A stretch of DNA of 45,350 nt from a virus (Duplodnaviria > Heunggongvirae > Uroviricota > Caudoviricetes). The notes beneath the pieces are model-generated. The model did not search any database and had not been told where the DNA came from. It worked only from the letters and a program-made list of their open reading frames with translations. The DNA lies in the IMG/VR virus record IMGVR_UViG_2541047917_000003, one strand, 5' to 3'. Positions 24,908 through 35,315 of the stretch are shown here, in pieces. The translations under genes were made by a program, and so were the position numbers. Positions within the stretch are counted from its first letter, which is position 1. Every line of letters starts with the position of its first letter.

Positions 24908-25040
24908 TCTGATTACGAAAAAGATATGTTGCGGGAGGCTTTGCCTCCCCAACATATAAGTGGCTCCCTCAAGCCACTTCCTTTAGGAGCACAACCTTGC
25001 TTCTAACTATATAAACCTTCTGTTATATATTACCCTTTAT

Positions 25041-25070
25041 TTTTGGGGGCGTTGCAACGCCCCATTTTTA
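25041..25070. terminator. Bidirectional intrinsic terminator between the porin and Q genes
   Basis: TTTT-GGGGGCGTTGCAACGCCCC-ATTTTT: perfect GC-rich stem flanked by T-runs on both strands, between two convergent genes. Confidence 0.8.
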
Positions 25071-25096
25071 ATAACTTTTAGTAAACAACTGGCATA

Positions 25097-25480
25097 TTAA
25101 TTAGAGTTATTAACAACGATATCCATCTCTAACCGGATATCTAATGCCATTAACATCCCTTCAATTATACCCTCAGCCTTCTGTAACCTTTTCCCGATAT
25201 AACCATCAGAGCAGCAATGCTTACCTGCCAGTGACATGAATGTCATACCGACTACATAATAATCTACTAATAAATCGTGCAAATCGCTGTTGTTCTTTTT
25301 CAGACGGGCCATGCACCCGCAAATGATCATCGCGTCATCGTCACAACATTGCGGGCGAGATTTTACTTTTGAAGGAATTAATCCCTTAAAACCGGCGGCA
25401 ATGGACGACCAGGTCACATCTTCATGATTATTAGCCGCCCACGCTCCCCAACGTTCAAGAACCATCTGAATATCACGCAT
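25097..25480 (-). CDS. Q: Late-gene antiterminator Q (phage 21 / DLP12 QuuD type)
   Basis: ORF 25097..25495; likely start [24 protein letters not shown]...; recalled near-identity to DLP12 QuuD; unrelated to lambda Q. Confidence 0.85.
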   Translation of the reverse strand: MRDIQMVLERWGAWAANNHEDVTWSSIAAGFKGLIPSKVKSRPQCCDDDAMIICGCMARLKKNNSDLHDLLVDYYVVGMTFMSLAGKHCCSDGYIGKRLQKAEGIIEGMLMALDIRLEMDIVVNNSN

Positions 25481-25565
25481 CAACTTACTCCACAAAAATC
25501 AGACCAGAACGCCAATTACAAGCAAAAATCAACAAAACAGTATTAGTTGATTGTTATCTCTGACT

Positions 25566-25688
25566 TCATACTCCTGCTCCTGTCAGGGTTTTGGCGTAAT
25601 TCTTCAGTATTCGGTAATCGGTCAAAACAGAACTGGGGAAACGATATAAGCGCAGGCGCATCCAGCGGTGGCGAAGAAGTTCTGCCAT
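25566..25688 (-). CDS. Small protein YlcG-like (40 aa)
   Basis: Short ORF between rusA and Q (MAELLRHRWMRLRLYRFPSSVLTDYRILKNYAKTLTGAGV) resembling DLP12 YlcG; below the ORF-track length cutoff; coordinates from manual translation. Confidence 0.45.
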   Translation of the reverse strand: MAELLRHRWMRLRLYRFPSSVLTDYRILKNYAKTLTGAGV

Positions 25689-25702
25689 ATTAAACTCAAA
25701 CA

Positions 25703-26065
25703 TCATTCATTCCCCATTTCGGTGATGGTCAGTTCCAGCCTCCCACCTTTGGTAACAGGCATCTTCACAACGCGGTAATCAACGACCTGAGCATCATCCA
25801 GCCAGAAACCTGCTTTAGTGAGTGCGTCAAAAGCGGCTTTTTGCAGATTATCCAGGTCACGGCGACGGCGATCCGGCATGTGGCACTCAATGCGGATTTT
25901 CACAGGGATAGCCAGGCCGATATCCAGCATTGCGTTTTTAATGATTCTGGCGACGTTATCGCGGTATGCCTGCCCCTCTGCGCTGACGTGCGTGCGCCCG
26001 CGATTATGGCGGTAATAGCGATTATTGCTCGGAGGCCAGGGTAATGTGATGCTGTAGGTATTCAC
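25703..26065 (-). CDS. rusA: Holliday-junction resolvase RusA
   Basis: 120-aa [39 protein letters not shown]..., recalled near-identity to DLP12 RusA. Confidence 0.95.
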   Translation of the reverse strand: MNTYSITLPWPPSNNRYYRHNRGRTHVSAEGQAYRDNVARIIKNAMLDIGLAIPVKIRIECHMPDRRRRDLDNLQKAAFDALTKAGFWLDDAQVVDYRVVKMPVTKGGRLELTITEMGNE

Positions 26066-26268
26066 GCCTTAATAATCCCCTCTTTCAGCCACATAACCTG
26101 TGTTTTCGAGCGCGCATTCTTTTGCATATGCAGCATCGACTTGCTTGGCATGCCCTTTACCGGCAATCTTCTGTATGCGCTAAACCTAGATAGAATCCAC
26201 TCTGTGCTCATTGAAGCCCGCTCTATGCTTCCTTTCTGGTATTGAAGGGATTGAGATGGGCTAAGCAT
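26062..26268 (-). pseudogene. Decayed remnant of a ybcO-like (DUF1364) gene
   Basis: 68-aa ORF whose C-terminus (...[13 protein letters not shown]) matches the recalled YbcO C-terminus, while an adjacent frame encodes ...VDAAYAKECALE; the N-terminal zinc-ribbon part is absent. Confidence 0.4.
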
Positions 26269-26608
26269 TATTGGCCTCCTGCATCAGGAGAAAGACAATC
26301 ATGGCGGCGCGGAGAGGTCTGGTATCAAATATTGGGCTTACGCCTTTTGCATCCACACACCATTCAGTTAACTGGTCTAAGATAGAAATCCTGTATTTCT
26401 CAATAATCGGCCATGAAGCGCTCGGATCATTGCAGTAGTCAGGCAAATGATTTAATGGCTCAAAAGTTGTATCAGCATTTCCGTAATACCATTTGTTGGT
26501 GTTATTCCCTGATGTTTCCGGTTTACTTGCCCAAAGGCCTTTAAAAATTATGTCTCCTACCATTCTGTTAATTTCAAAATCACTTAACTGTGAATAATCC
26601 ATTGTCAT
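26261..26608 (-). CDS. nin-region hypothetical protein
   Basis: ORF 26261..26644; likely start [28 protein letters not shown] with ATGA overlap on the ninE stop. Family not assigned. Confidence 0.5.
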   Translation of the reverse strand: MTMDYSQLSDFEINRMVGDIIFKGLWASKPETSGNNTNKWYYGNADTTFEPLNHLPDYCNDPSASWPIIEKYRISILDQLTEWCVDAKGVSPIFDTRPLRAAMIVFLLMQEANNA

Positions 26609-26781
26609 TTCCTCGCACGATATCTTAGCCACCGGATATCCCACAGGTGAGCTGTGTAATTGAAGGTTTTTACGTCAGATTCTTTTGGGATTGGCTTGCG
26701 TTTATTTCTGGAGCGTTTCGTTGGAAGGTATTTGCAGTTTTCGCAGATGATGTCGGTGAAACTTCGTCGCTGTCGCCTCAT
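26605..26781 (-). CDS. ninE: NinE
   Basis: 58-aa product [58 protein letters not shown]; ATGA overlap with the MTase stop; matches recalled NinE. Confidence 0.7.
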   Translation of the reverse strand: MRRQRRSFTDIICENCKYLPTKRSRNKRKPIPKESDVKTFNYTAHLWDIRWLRYRARK

Positions 26782-27305
26782 GCCGCCCTCCTGACGCCCT
26801 GCCCGATCGCCATCAATGCCGCTTTGGATACGGTAGTAAACATCCGTCGAGGACTGATGAACGGTCGCCAAATCAGCAGCATGGAGCCTTTGCTGTTTCC
26901 CTTCTTCTCCAACCCTGTCGATGGTTCGATAAAATTAATCCGTCCATCAGTGATAATGCGAACTTCGTCGACACTCTCCAGAGCCTTGCTGAACCATCCG
27001 ACTGACATATCCTCTGGCACAAGCATAACTACCGTCTGTCGCTGTTGTATGCACTGCTCAGCGGCTTTTTCCACCCACGGCCTGATATTGCTGTACGGTG
27101 GGTTATTCCAGATTGCACCGTGGCTTACCCACTCAGAATTGAGCGCGTCGTCGGCCTCAGTTAGCCAGTGAGCACACAGAGCATTTTTGTCGCTCGCTGC
27201 CGAATCCAGCCAGAATCCAAACTCAATATCCAGTGCATCAAAAAGCCAAAGCGGCGTTTGCCAGCAGTCCTTGTCGTGTGCTGGCGTATTTGATTTGATT
27301 GTCAT
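26778..27305 (-). CDS. Phage DNA N6-adenine methyltransferase (Dam-like, NPPY motif)
   Basis: ORF 26778..27365; likely start [26 protein letters not shown] (ATGA overlap with ninB stop); catalytic NNPPYS motif. Confidence 0.8.
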   Translation of the reverse strand: MTIKSNTPAHDKDCWQTPLWLFDALDIEFGFWLDSAASDKNALCAHWLTEADDALNSEWVSHGAIWNNPPYSNIRPWVEKAAEQCIQQRQTVVMLVPEDMSVGWFSKALESVDEVRIITDGRINFIEPSTGLEKKGNSKGSMLLIWRPFISPRRMFTTVSKAALMAIGQGVRRAA

Positions 27306-27742
27306 GCAGCCCGATCTCCCCATCTCGCTTTCCACTCCAGAGCCAGTCTCGCTTCGTCTGACCACTTAACGCCACGCTCTGTACCGAATGCCTGTATAAG
27401 CTCTAATAGCTCCGCAAATTCGCCTACACGCATCCTGCTGGTTGACTGGCCTATTACCACAAAGCCATTCCCGGCAAGGTTAGGAACAACATCCTGCTGC
27501 TTTAATGCTGCGGTAAACACACACTTCCAGCTTTCTGCATCCAGCCAGCGACCATGCCATTCAACCTGACGAGAGACGTCACCTAAGCAGGCCCATAGCT
27601 TCCTGTTTTGGTCTAAGCTGCGGTTGCGTTCCTGAATGGTTACTACGATTGGTTTGGTTGGGTCTGGAAGGATTTGCTGTACTGCGTGAATAGCGTTTTG
27701 CTGATGTGCTGGAGATCGAATTTCAAAGGTTAGTTTTTTCAT
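27302..27742 (-). CDS. ninB: Recombination protein NinB
   Basis: ORF 27302..27760; likely start MKKLTFEIRSPAHQQNAIHAVQQILPDPTKPIVV..., lambda NinB-like. Confidence 0.9.
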   Translation of the reverse strand: MKKLTFEIRSPAHQQNAIHAVQQILPDPTKPIVVTIQERNRSLDQNRKLWACLGDVSRQVEWHGRWLDAESWKCVFTAALKQQDVVPNLAGNGFVVIGQSTSRMRVGEFAELLELIQAFGTERGVKWSDEARLALEWKARWGDRAA

Positions 27743-27815
27743 GACTTCCCTCTCCCCCAAATAAAAAGGCCTGCGATTACCAGCAGGCCTGTTATTAGCT
27801 CAGTAATGTAGATGG

Positions 27816-28106
27816 TCATCTTTTAACTCCATATACCGCCAATACCCGTTTCATCGCGGCACTCTGGCGACACTCCTTAAAAATCAGGTTCGTGCTCATC
27901 TTTCCTTCCCGTTCTTCCCTAGTAGCAAACCGGTAATACACCGTTCGCCAGACCTTACCTTCGATAACCAGAAGACCTGCCCGTGCCATTTTAGCCGCGG
28001 CCTGATTTATGCTGGTTACTGTTGCGCCTGTTAGCGCGGCAACGTCCGGCGCACAGAAGCTATTATGCGTCCCCAGGTAATGAATAATTGCCTCTTTGCC
28101 CGTCAT
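27816..28106 (-). CDS. ren: Ren
   Basis: 96-aa ORF immediately downstream of P, as lambda ren. Confidence 0.85.
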   Translation of the reverse strand: MTGKEAIIHYLGTHNSFCAPDVAALTGATVTSINQAAAKMARAGLLVIEGKVWRTVYYRFATREEREGKMSTNLIFKECRQSAAMKRVLAVYGVKR

Positions 28107-28804
28107 ACACTTGCTCCTTTTAGTCCGAACTTAGCTTTGATTTCTGCGATCTTCGCCAGAGCCTGTGCACGATTTAGAGGTCTACCGCCCATGACAGGAA
28201 GTTGTTTTACTGGTTCAGGGATCGCCTCACCACGGTTAATTCTCGCAGTCATATGGACAAGCTCATCTGCGGCCTTACGGCGTAATTCCGCATCAGTAAG
28301 CGCATTGGCCCGCATGTTCTGATACAGGTTGGTAACCAGCCAGTAGTGCGCGTTTGATTTCCACGGATAAGACTCCGCATCCGGATACAGGCCTCGCTTC
28401 CGGCAATACTCGTAAACCATATCAACCAGCTCGCTGACGTTTGGCAGTCCGGCGATAACGGATGCTTCTTCCCGGCACCATGCAACAAACTGCCCGGGTG
28501 ATGGCAGAAATGGTCGATTCTGCCGACGGGCTACGCGCATTCCTGCGTTAACCTGTTCCATCGTGGTGATCCCGTTTTCCCGAAAAGCCAGAACCCACTG
28601 GCGACGGATTTCGTTCACTTCGTTCTGGTCACGGTTAGCCAGGCTCGCCGGGAAAGTTGCCAGTAACTGGCTGAACACACCGTTGATGATCTGCGCTACC
28701 TGCTGTACCTGCGGCTTTTCATCGTACTGTTCCGGCATGTTGTTGGCGATCCGACGCATCTGCTCACGGTCAAAGTTAACCATCTGTGCGGCGATGTTTT
28801 TCAT
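28103..28804 (-). CDS. P: Replication protein P (DnaB helicase loader)
   Basis: 233-aa ORF collinear with lambda P. Confidence 0.95.
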   Translation of the reverse strand: MKNIAAQMVNFDREQMRRIANNMPEQYDEKPQVQQVAQIINGVFSQLLATFPASLANRDQNEVNEIRRQWVLAFRENGITTMEQVNAGMRVARRQNRPFLPSPGQFVAWCREEASVIAGLPNVSELVDMVYEYCRKRGLYPDAESYPWKSNAHYWLVTNLYQNMRANALTDAELRRKAADELVHMTARINRGEAIPEPVKQLPVMGGRPLNRAQALAKIAEIKAKFGLKGASV

Positions 28805-29631
28805 AGATCCACCCCGTAAATCCAGTCTGTGTTTGTCAGGTCGAGTTTTGGTTTGCTGGCTGTCACGCCTGCCTGTTGCTTGTTACGGTTGATTTCGAGT
28901 TGGGTCCACTTATCGCGGAGTTTGGCCGGGCTCAGCACGTTACCGGACCAGAAGTTGTCCTGGCATGCCCAGCGGAACAGCACGCACATGTCGCGGTGGT
29001 TACGTCCGTCACGTTCACGCATCAGGCGGATATCGTTAGCCCACCCAGCAAAATTCGGTTTTCTGGCTGATGGTGCGATAGTCTTCACCATGTCAAACAT
29101 CCACTCTGCGGCGGTCAGGTCTTCTGCTGTCCCCCACTTGCTGCCGCTCTGAATTGCAGCATCCGGTTTCACCACAGAAAGGTCGTTTTCTGGCTGGTCA
29201 GAGGATTCGCCAGAATTCTCTGACGAATAATCTTTTCTTTTTTCTTTTGTAATAGTGTCTTTTGTGTCCCCCTGTTTTGAGGGATAGCAATCCCCCAATT
29301 TGAGGGATGTTTTATCCCTCGTTTTAGGGGATTTTCCCTCGTTTTGAGGGATGCACCATTCTGAGATGTTTTTATTTGGTCCAAACATGCCGCCTTGCTG
29401 CTTGATAATATTCATTCTGACGAGTTCTAACTTGGCTTCATTGCACCGTTTGACAGGTAACTTTGTAATCTCGCTAAGTTGAGAATCGGTGATTCTGTCC
29501 ATTGGTTTATTCCACCCATAGGTTTTACGCAGAATGGCAAGCAGCACTTTAAACTGTCGCTTGGTCAGATCTGCGCCCGAATAAGCCTCAAGCAGCATAT
29601 TTGATAGTCTGGCGTAACCATCATCGAGATC
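28801..29631 (-). pseudogene. O: Replication initiator O, 3' portion (codons ~24 to end) separated from its start by an IS element
   Basis: Lambda O-like sequence from ...DLDDGYARLSNMLLEAYSGADLTKRQFKVLL... to the end. The ORF-track start at 29661 is a GTG inside the IS left end (MWITIAPFVT-DLDD fusion). Confidence 0.85.
29266..29353. repeat. ori-lambda iterons (four ~19-bp O-binding repeats) with adjacent AT-rich region
   Basis: tcccccctgttttgaggga / atcccccaatttgaggga / atccctcgttttagggga / tccctcgttttgaggga inside the O coding region, next to a T-rich stretch (29221-29260). Coordinates approximate. Confidence 0.85.
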
Positions 29632-31659
<2,028 letters not shown>

Positions 31660-31691
31660 AATGACTCCTGTTGATAGATCCAGTAATGACC

Positions 31692-31988
31692 TCAGAACTC
31701 CATCTGGATTTGTTCAGAACGCTCGGTTGCCGCCGGGCGTTTTTTATTGGTGAGTCCATCAAGCGCATACTTAAAAGCCCTGCTAATCGGACTGATGTCT
31801 GATGCCATTCCGAAAGCACACAAGACCGAAGCAATAAATCTCCAATCCGTTCTGCTTATCTTCGATTCATGACAGCCAATCATCTTTGCCAGACCGCGCT
31901 GGGTAATAGCTGACAGATTGATAAGTAAATCTGTTTCTGCGCGATCAACGTCACGCTGTGATAGTTTGCTGTAACTTGTTCTTTCCAT
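31692..31988 (-). CDS. cII: Transcriptional activator cII (chimeric: non-lambda N-terminal part, lambda-type C-terminus)
   Basis: 98-aa ORF; C-terminus ...LTNKKRPAATERSEQIQMEF as in lambda cII; N-terminal HTH region differs. Confidence 0.8.
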   Translation of the reverse strand: MERTSYSKLSQRDVDRAETDLLINLSAITQRGLAKMIGCHESKISRTDWRFIASVLCAFGMASDISPISRAFKYALDGLTNKKRPAATERSEQIQMEF

Positions 31989-32073
31989 TTCTTAAGATTT
32001 CCAATAGTGAATAGTTAGTTGAAAGGTATGCGTGGAAACGCATATGGCCTTAGTTGGTCAGATATCTTGGAAC

Positions 32074-32119
32074 TCGCTTTTCAGCGACGTAGGACGAATG
32101 TCCGTTGTTACAAAGAGCG
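32074..32119 (-). promoter_or_regulatory. nutR-like site (boxA CGCTCTTTG and boxB hairpin TCGCTGAAAAGCGA) between cro and cII
   Basis: Coding-strand boxA-like CGCTCTTTG just after the cro stop, followed by a stem-loop with GAAAA-type loop; matching pair also upstream of N. Confidence 0.6.
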
Positions 32120-32129
32120 GATCCGCTTA

Positions 32130-32345
32130 TTAAGCGGCTTTGTGTTCCGGCGGGAACACGTCATCAAGACTGACTTTTGCGCCTAACTTGTTTAGGCACG
32201 CAACAAGAGCACGGCATGTTTTAAGGTCTGGGAAGCGACGACCAGATTCCCAATGTCCGATAGCTCCCTGTGTGCATCCAACTGCCTTAGCAAGTGTTGT
32301 TTGAGAGATATTCAGTGACTCTCGATATTTTCGTAGGTTGCTCAT
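32130..32345 (-). CDS. cro: Cro-like repressor (HTH, non-lambda specificity)
   Basis: ORF 32130..32438; likely start MSNLRKYRESLNISQTTLAKAVGCTQGAIGHWESGRR (71 aa, SD ggaggg); divergent from cI. Confidence 0.8.
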   Translation of the reverse strand: MSNLRKYRESLNISQTTLAKAVGCTQGAIGHWESGRRFPDLKTCRALVACLNKLGAKVSLDDVFPPEHKAA

Positions 32346-32455
32346 ATGCCCTCCATAGTAAACACGAATAAAAAATACAATATGTACTTTACGAATACAA
32401 GTAAAAATACACATTGTGCATGGATGGTTCCAGTACAAAGCGTAATAATAAGGAC
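32346..32455. promoter_or_regulatory. OR operator / pR-pRM divergent promoter region
   Basis: 110-bp AT-rich spacer between divergent cro and cI; motifs AATACAATATGTACTT (32374-32389) and AGTACAAAGCGTAATAA (32432-32448) recur near pL, consistent with shared repressor operators distinct from lambda. Confidence 0.6.
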
Positions 32456-33115
32456 ATGAAAATGAAATGGTATGAACTGGCTAGATCCAGAATGAAAGAG
32501 CTCGGCATAACTCAAGAGAAGTTAGCCGAAGAGCTAGGTATGACGCAGGGTGGGATTGGACACTGGTTGCGCGGATCTCGTCATCCATCTCTTAGTGATA
32601 TTGGTGTGGTGTTTAAATACCTTGGTATTGATAACATATCATTCAACCACGACGGGACATTTTCACCTGTTGGCGAATACTCATCGGCCCCAGTTAAAAA
32701 ACAATATGAGTACCCTGTTTTTTCTCATGTTCAGGCTGGGATGTTCTCTCCAGAACTCAGAACCTTTACCAAAGGCGATGCGGAGAGATTGGTAAGCACA
32801 ACCAAAAAAGCCAGTGACTCTGCATTCTGGCTTGAGGTTGAAGGTAACTCAATGACCGCACCAACAGGTTCCAAGCCCAGCTTTCCTGACGGGATGTTAA
32901 TTCTGGTTGACCCTGAGCAGGCTGTTGAGCCAGGCGATTTCTGTATAGCCAGACTTGGTGGTGATGAGTTTACCTTCAAGAAACTGATCAGGGATAGCGG
33001 TCAGATGTTTCTACAGCCACTAAACCCACAATACCCAATGATCCCATGCAATGAGAGTTGTTCCGTTGTGGGGAAAGTTATCGCTAGTCAGTGGCCTGAA
33101 GAGACGTTTGGGTGA
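32456..33115 (+). CDS. cI: CI repressor (chimeric: non-lambda DNA-binding domain, lambda-type C-terminal S24 peptidase domain)
   Basis: ATG at 32456. From ...[28 protein letters not shown] to ...[13 protein letters not shown] matches the recalled lambda CI C-terminal domain; N-terminal HTH domain ([37 protein letters not shown]) differs. Confidence 0.9.
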   Translation: MKMKWYELARSRMKELGITQEKLAEELGMTQGGIGHWLRGSRHPSLSDIGVVFKYLGIDNISFNHDGTFSPVGEYSSAPVKKQYEYPVFSHVQAGMFSPELRTFTKGDAERLVSTTKKASDSAFWLEVEGNSMTAPTGSKPSFPDGMLILVDPEQAVEPGDFCIARLGGDEFTFKKLIRDSGQMFLQPLNPQYPMIPCNESCSVVGKVIASQWPEETFG

Positions 33116-33214
33116 TGTGACTGCATGTAATTTATCAAAAGCGCACATACCCTATGCTAAACAACTTACTGATTAATTTACTGAAAATCATTTATTAAAA
33201 AGTAAGGATTGCCA

Positions 33215-34066
33215 ATGAATTTTTCGGAAGAAAAAAATAAAGATTTCCCCAAAAAAGTACAAACTTCGCTATTTGAAGTAGATTGTAATGACGGATACTC
33301 ATTTGTAGATGTCTTGAAGACATGCGAAAATTTCAAACAAAACTATGACTTTGAGTACTCTAACGACACTCGGGCAAGGATAAAAAGTCTAATAGTTAAC
33401 GATGACCAAATCTTTGCTGGGATAACACTCTATGAGCCCAAAGCTTTGGTCCCGGTAACTCCAAAAGATGGAGACCATAACGATTTGCAGGATGTAGATA
33501 ATTATGATAAATGCCATATATTCTTGCTTGCAACAGAAAGCAATATTCTAACAATTTTTCAACTATCAGGAACTCATCCTTTATCTAAGTTAAAAAAAAT
33601 ATTTAGCCTCATGAATATCAATGTGAATATTTCTGAGAAACTCAACAAAGATGCACTTGGCAAGATAATAAAAGATGGAATACGCTCCATCAGCCTAAGT
33701 ATTGAAACAACAAAAGAAGATCTAGAAGAGGCAAAAGCAACATCATTAGGTATCACTGGAAAAGCTAAAGAAGCTTTGTCAAGATTATTTGAGAAAGAGC
33801 AAGATGATGACAACTCTTTCTATGGGCTTCTGACTCTTGACAAGAGACATAACCCAAAACTCTTAAATATTGCGAACAAAAATCCAAGCCTGATCATTGA
33901 TGAATTATCGGAAGAGTTCTTCATCACAACATCAAAAGGCCAAGCGATCAAAAGCTCTGAAATCAAAACAAAAAAAGATTATTACACAAGAAAGTATGGC
34001 TCTACCACCATAAAAGCGGAACACGCTAAGGAAATTCTTGAGCACTTCAAGGATTTCATACTATAA
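33215..34066 (+). CDS. Hypothetical protein in the rexA position (candidate exclusion-system sensor)
   Basis: 283-aa ORF (ATG 33215, SD aaggat) 100 nt downstream of cI on the same strand; AT-, Lys-, Asn- and Asp-rich; no hydrophobic segments; no family recognised. Confidence 0.6.
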   Translation: MNFSEEKNKDFPKKVQTSLFEVDCNDGYSFVDVLKTCENFKQNYDFEYSNDTRARIKSLIVNDDQIFAGITLYEPKALVPVTPKDGDHNDLQDVDNYDKCHIFLLATESNILTIFQLSGTHPLSKLKKIFSLMNINVNISEKLNKDALGKIIKDGIRSISLSIETTKEDLEEAKATSLGITGKAKEALSRLFEKEQDDDNSFYGLLTLDKRHNPKLLNIANKNPSLIIDELSEEFFITTSKGQAIKSSEIKTKKDYYTRKYGSTTIKAEHAKEILEHFKDFIL

Positions 34067-34103
34067 TGGAGGGTTGTACGTATAACCAAAGGGGGAGGTG
34101 TGA

Positions 34104-34595
34104 ATGAGAGGTAAAGATTGGAGTTATATTTTTTCCATAATCTTTTTTATCTGCCTTTCTCTTGTATTAACTTATTATTTACATGATAAGGTTAGATATA
34201 ACAAAGAGTTGCTTGGACTTGTGGCAAATATATTTTCAATATTAACAGGGTTTCTGTTACTTGTTATAACCACAAGTGGAGACGTAGCATCGTTTACAGA
34301 AGGTAAATCAAGATCAGAAAAGTATGCAACTAAGAGGAAATTCGAAATTCGGTTTTCTCGTTACATGATGCTTTTTTACCTCTATCTTACAGTCTTGTGC
34401 TTAATATTCTTCTACTACATGCTGCTGCCACCAGGAGACACCAGTAAAATCTTAGCAAGCAAGCCGCCTGTGACCAACCTGAGTCTGGCACTTGAGTTTA
34501 TTATATGCTGGCTAAGCATAATTTCATTTGGATGCTCTTTTTTCATACCAATAAAGCTGAAACAGATTTATAACGAAAAACTCAAGCAACAATAA
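34104..34595 (+). CDS. Hypothetical four-TM membrane protein in the rexB position (candidate exclusion-system effector)
   Basis: 163-aa ORF (SD gggggagg) with four hydrophobic segments (IFSIIFFICLSLVLTYYL, LLGLVANIFSILTGFLLLVITT, YMMLFYLYLTVLCLIFFYYMLL, LSLALEFIICWLSIISFGCSFFIPI); size and topology as RexB, no sequence similarity seen. Confidence 0.6.
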   Translation: MRGKDWSYIFSIIFFICLSLVLTYYLHDKVRYNKELLGLVANIFSILTGFLLLVITTSGDVASFTEGKSRSEKYATKRKFEIRFSRYMMLFYLYLTVLCLIFFYYMLLPPGDTSKILASKPPVTNLSLALEFIICWLSIISFGCSFFIPIKLKQIYNEKLKQQ

Positions 34596-34620
34596 CCCGG
34601 TCTCAGCGCCGGGTTTTCTT
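34596..34620 (+). terminator. Intrinsic terminator after the rex-position cassette
   Basis: CCCGGTCTCAGCGCCGGG hairpin directly after the stop codon, followed by TTTTCTTT. Confidence 0.75.
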
Positions 34621-34759
34621 TGCCTCACGATCGCCCCACCTAAAAACACATAACCAATTGTATTTATTGAAAAATAAATAGATGCAACCCACTAAACCAC
34701 GCAATTCTGATCTCTCCTTACATCGCCGAGGCAATACATCCACGCTAAAAAACAACACT

Positions 34760-34850
34760 ATTAAATACAAAGCGTTATAAAAAACCACGCCAACTTACAA
34801 CAAATTGTATTGATCTTGTAAAGTACATATCGTACTATTTAATCGTCAGC
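34760..34850 (+). promoter_or_regulatory. OL operator / pL promoter region
   Basis: AATACAAAGCGTTATAA (34764-34780) and AAGTACATATCGTACT (34821-34836) repeat the OR motifs; upstream of nutL and N. Exact -35/-10 not resolved. Confidence 0.5.
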
Positions 34851-34883
34851 AGGACGCTGGAAGCCAAATGGAACAGACTGGCA

Positions 34884-34929
34884 GGCTCTTTAAACAACGT
34901 CGACTCTCGACTACGTGGCTGAAAAGCCA
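34884..34929 (+). promoter_or_regulatory. nutL-like site (boxA GGCTCTTTA and boxB hairpin TGGCTGAAAAGCCA)
   Basis: boxA-like 34884-34892 and a 4-bp stem/GAAAA-type loop hairpin 34916-34929, ~100 nt upstream of the N start. Confidence 0.6.
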
Positions 34930-35027
34930 GATCACCCAACCACATAAGCTGTGGGATGCAATGCCGAAGCAACCGTCTCAGGAGGAGCTTCGAGATTGCA
35001 TCGCCAAAGTTTATTCGGGAGGAATCC

Positions 35028-35300
35028 ATGTCCAGAAAAACAGAATTTAAAGGCACCGCAGCTTCTCGCCGTAGAGCTCGTCGCGCAAATCTGCAAAGTC
35101 AGGAGGCGATCAGCTCCGACAAGCTACACAGGCCAACCCCTTCACGAGTGGTCTTGCAATGCAAGCGCAAACCAGCAATGAGAGCAGAAGTGATAACTCT
35201 GACAACGTTGACCAGAAAATATGAAGGTTCAACTTGTCTTCCGAACGTAGCCATTTACGCGGCAGGCTACAGGAAATCAAAACAACTGACGGCGAGATGA
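35028..35300 (+). CDS. N: N-like transcription antiterminator (non-lambda specificity)
   Basis: ORF track 34956..35300; likely start MSRKTEFKGTAASRRRARRANLQ (SD ggagg). Arginine-rich motif near the N-terminus; first pL gene downstream of nutL. Confidence 0.65.
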   Translation: MSRKTEFKGTAASRRRARRANLQSQEAISSDKLHRPTPSRVVLQCKRKPAMRAEVITLTTLTRKYEGSTCLPNVAIYAAGYRKSKQLTAR

Positions 35301-35315
35301 TAAATCATTTGCTAA

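Noticed and set aside
29266-29353. Short direct repeats resembling a repeat array (possible CRISPR)
   Set aside because: The repeats are ~19 bp, contiguous, lie inside the O coding sequence next to an AT-rich block and match the lambda ori iteron consensus (TCCCTC.TTTTGAGGGA); they are replication-origin iterons, not CRISPR repeats with spacers.
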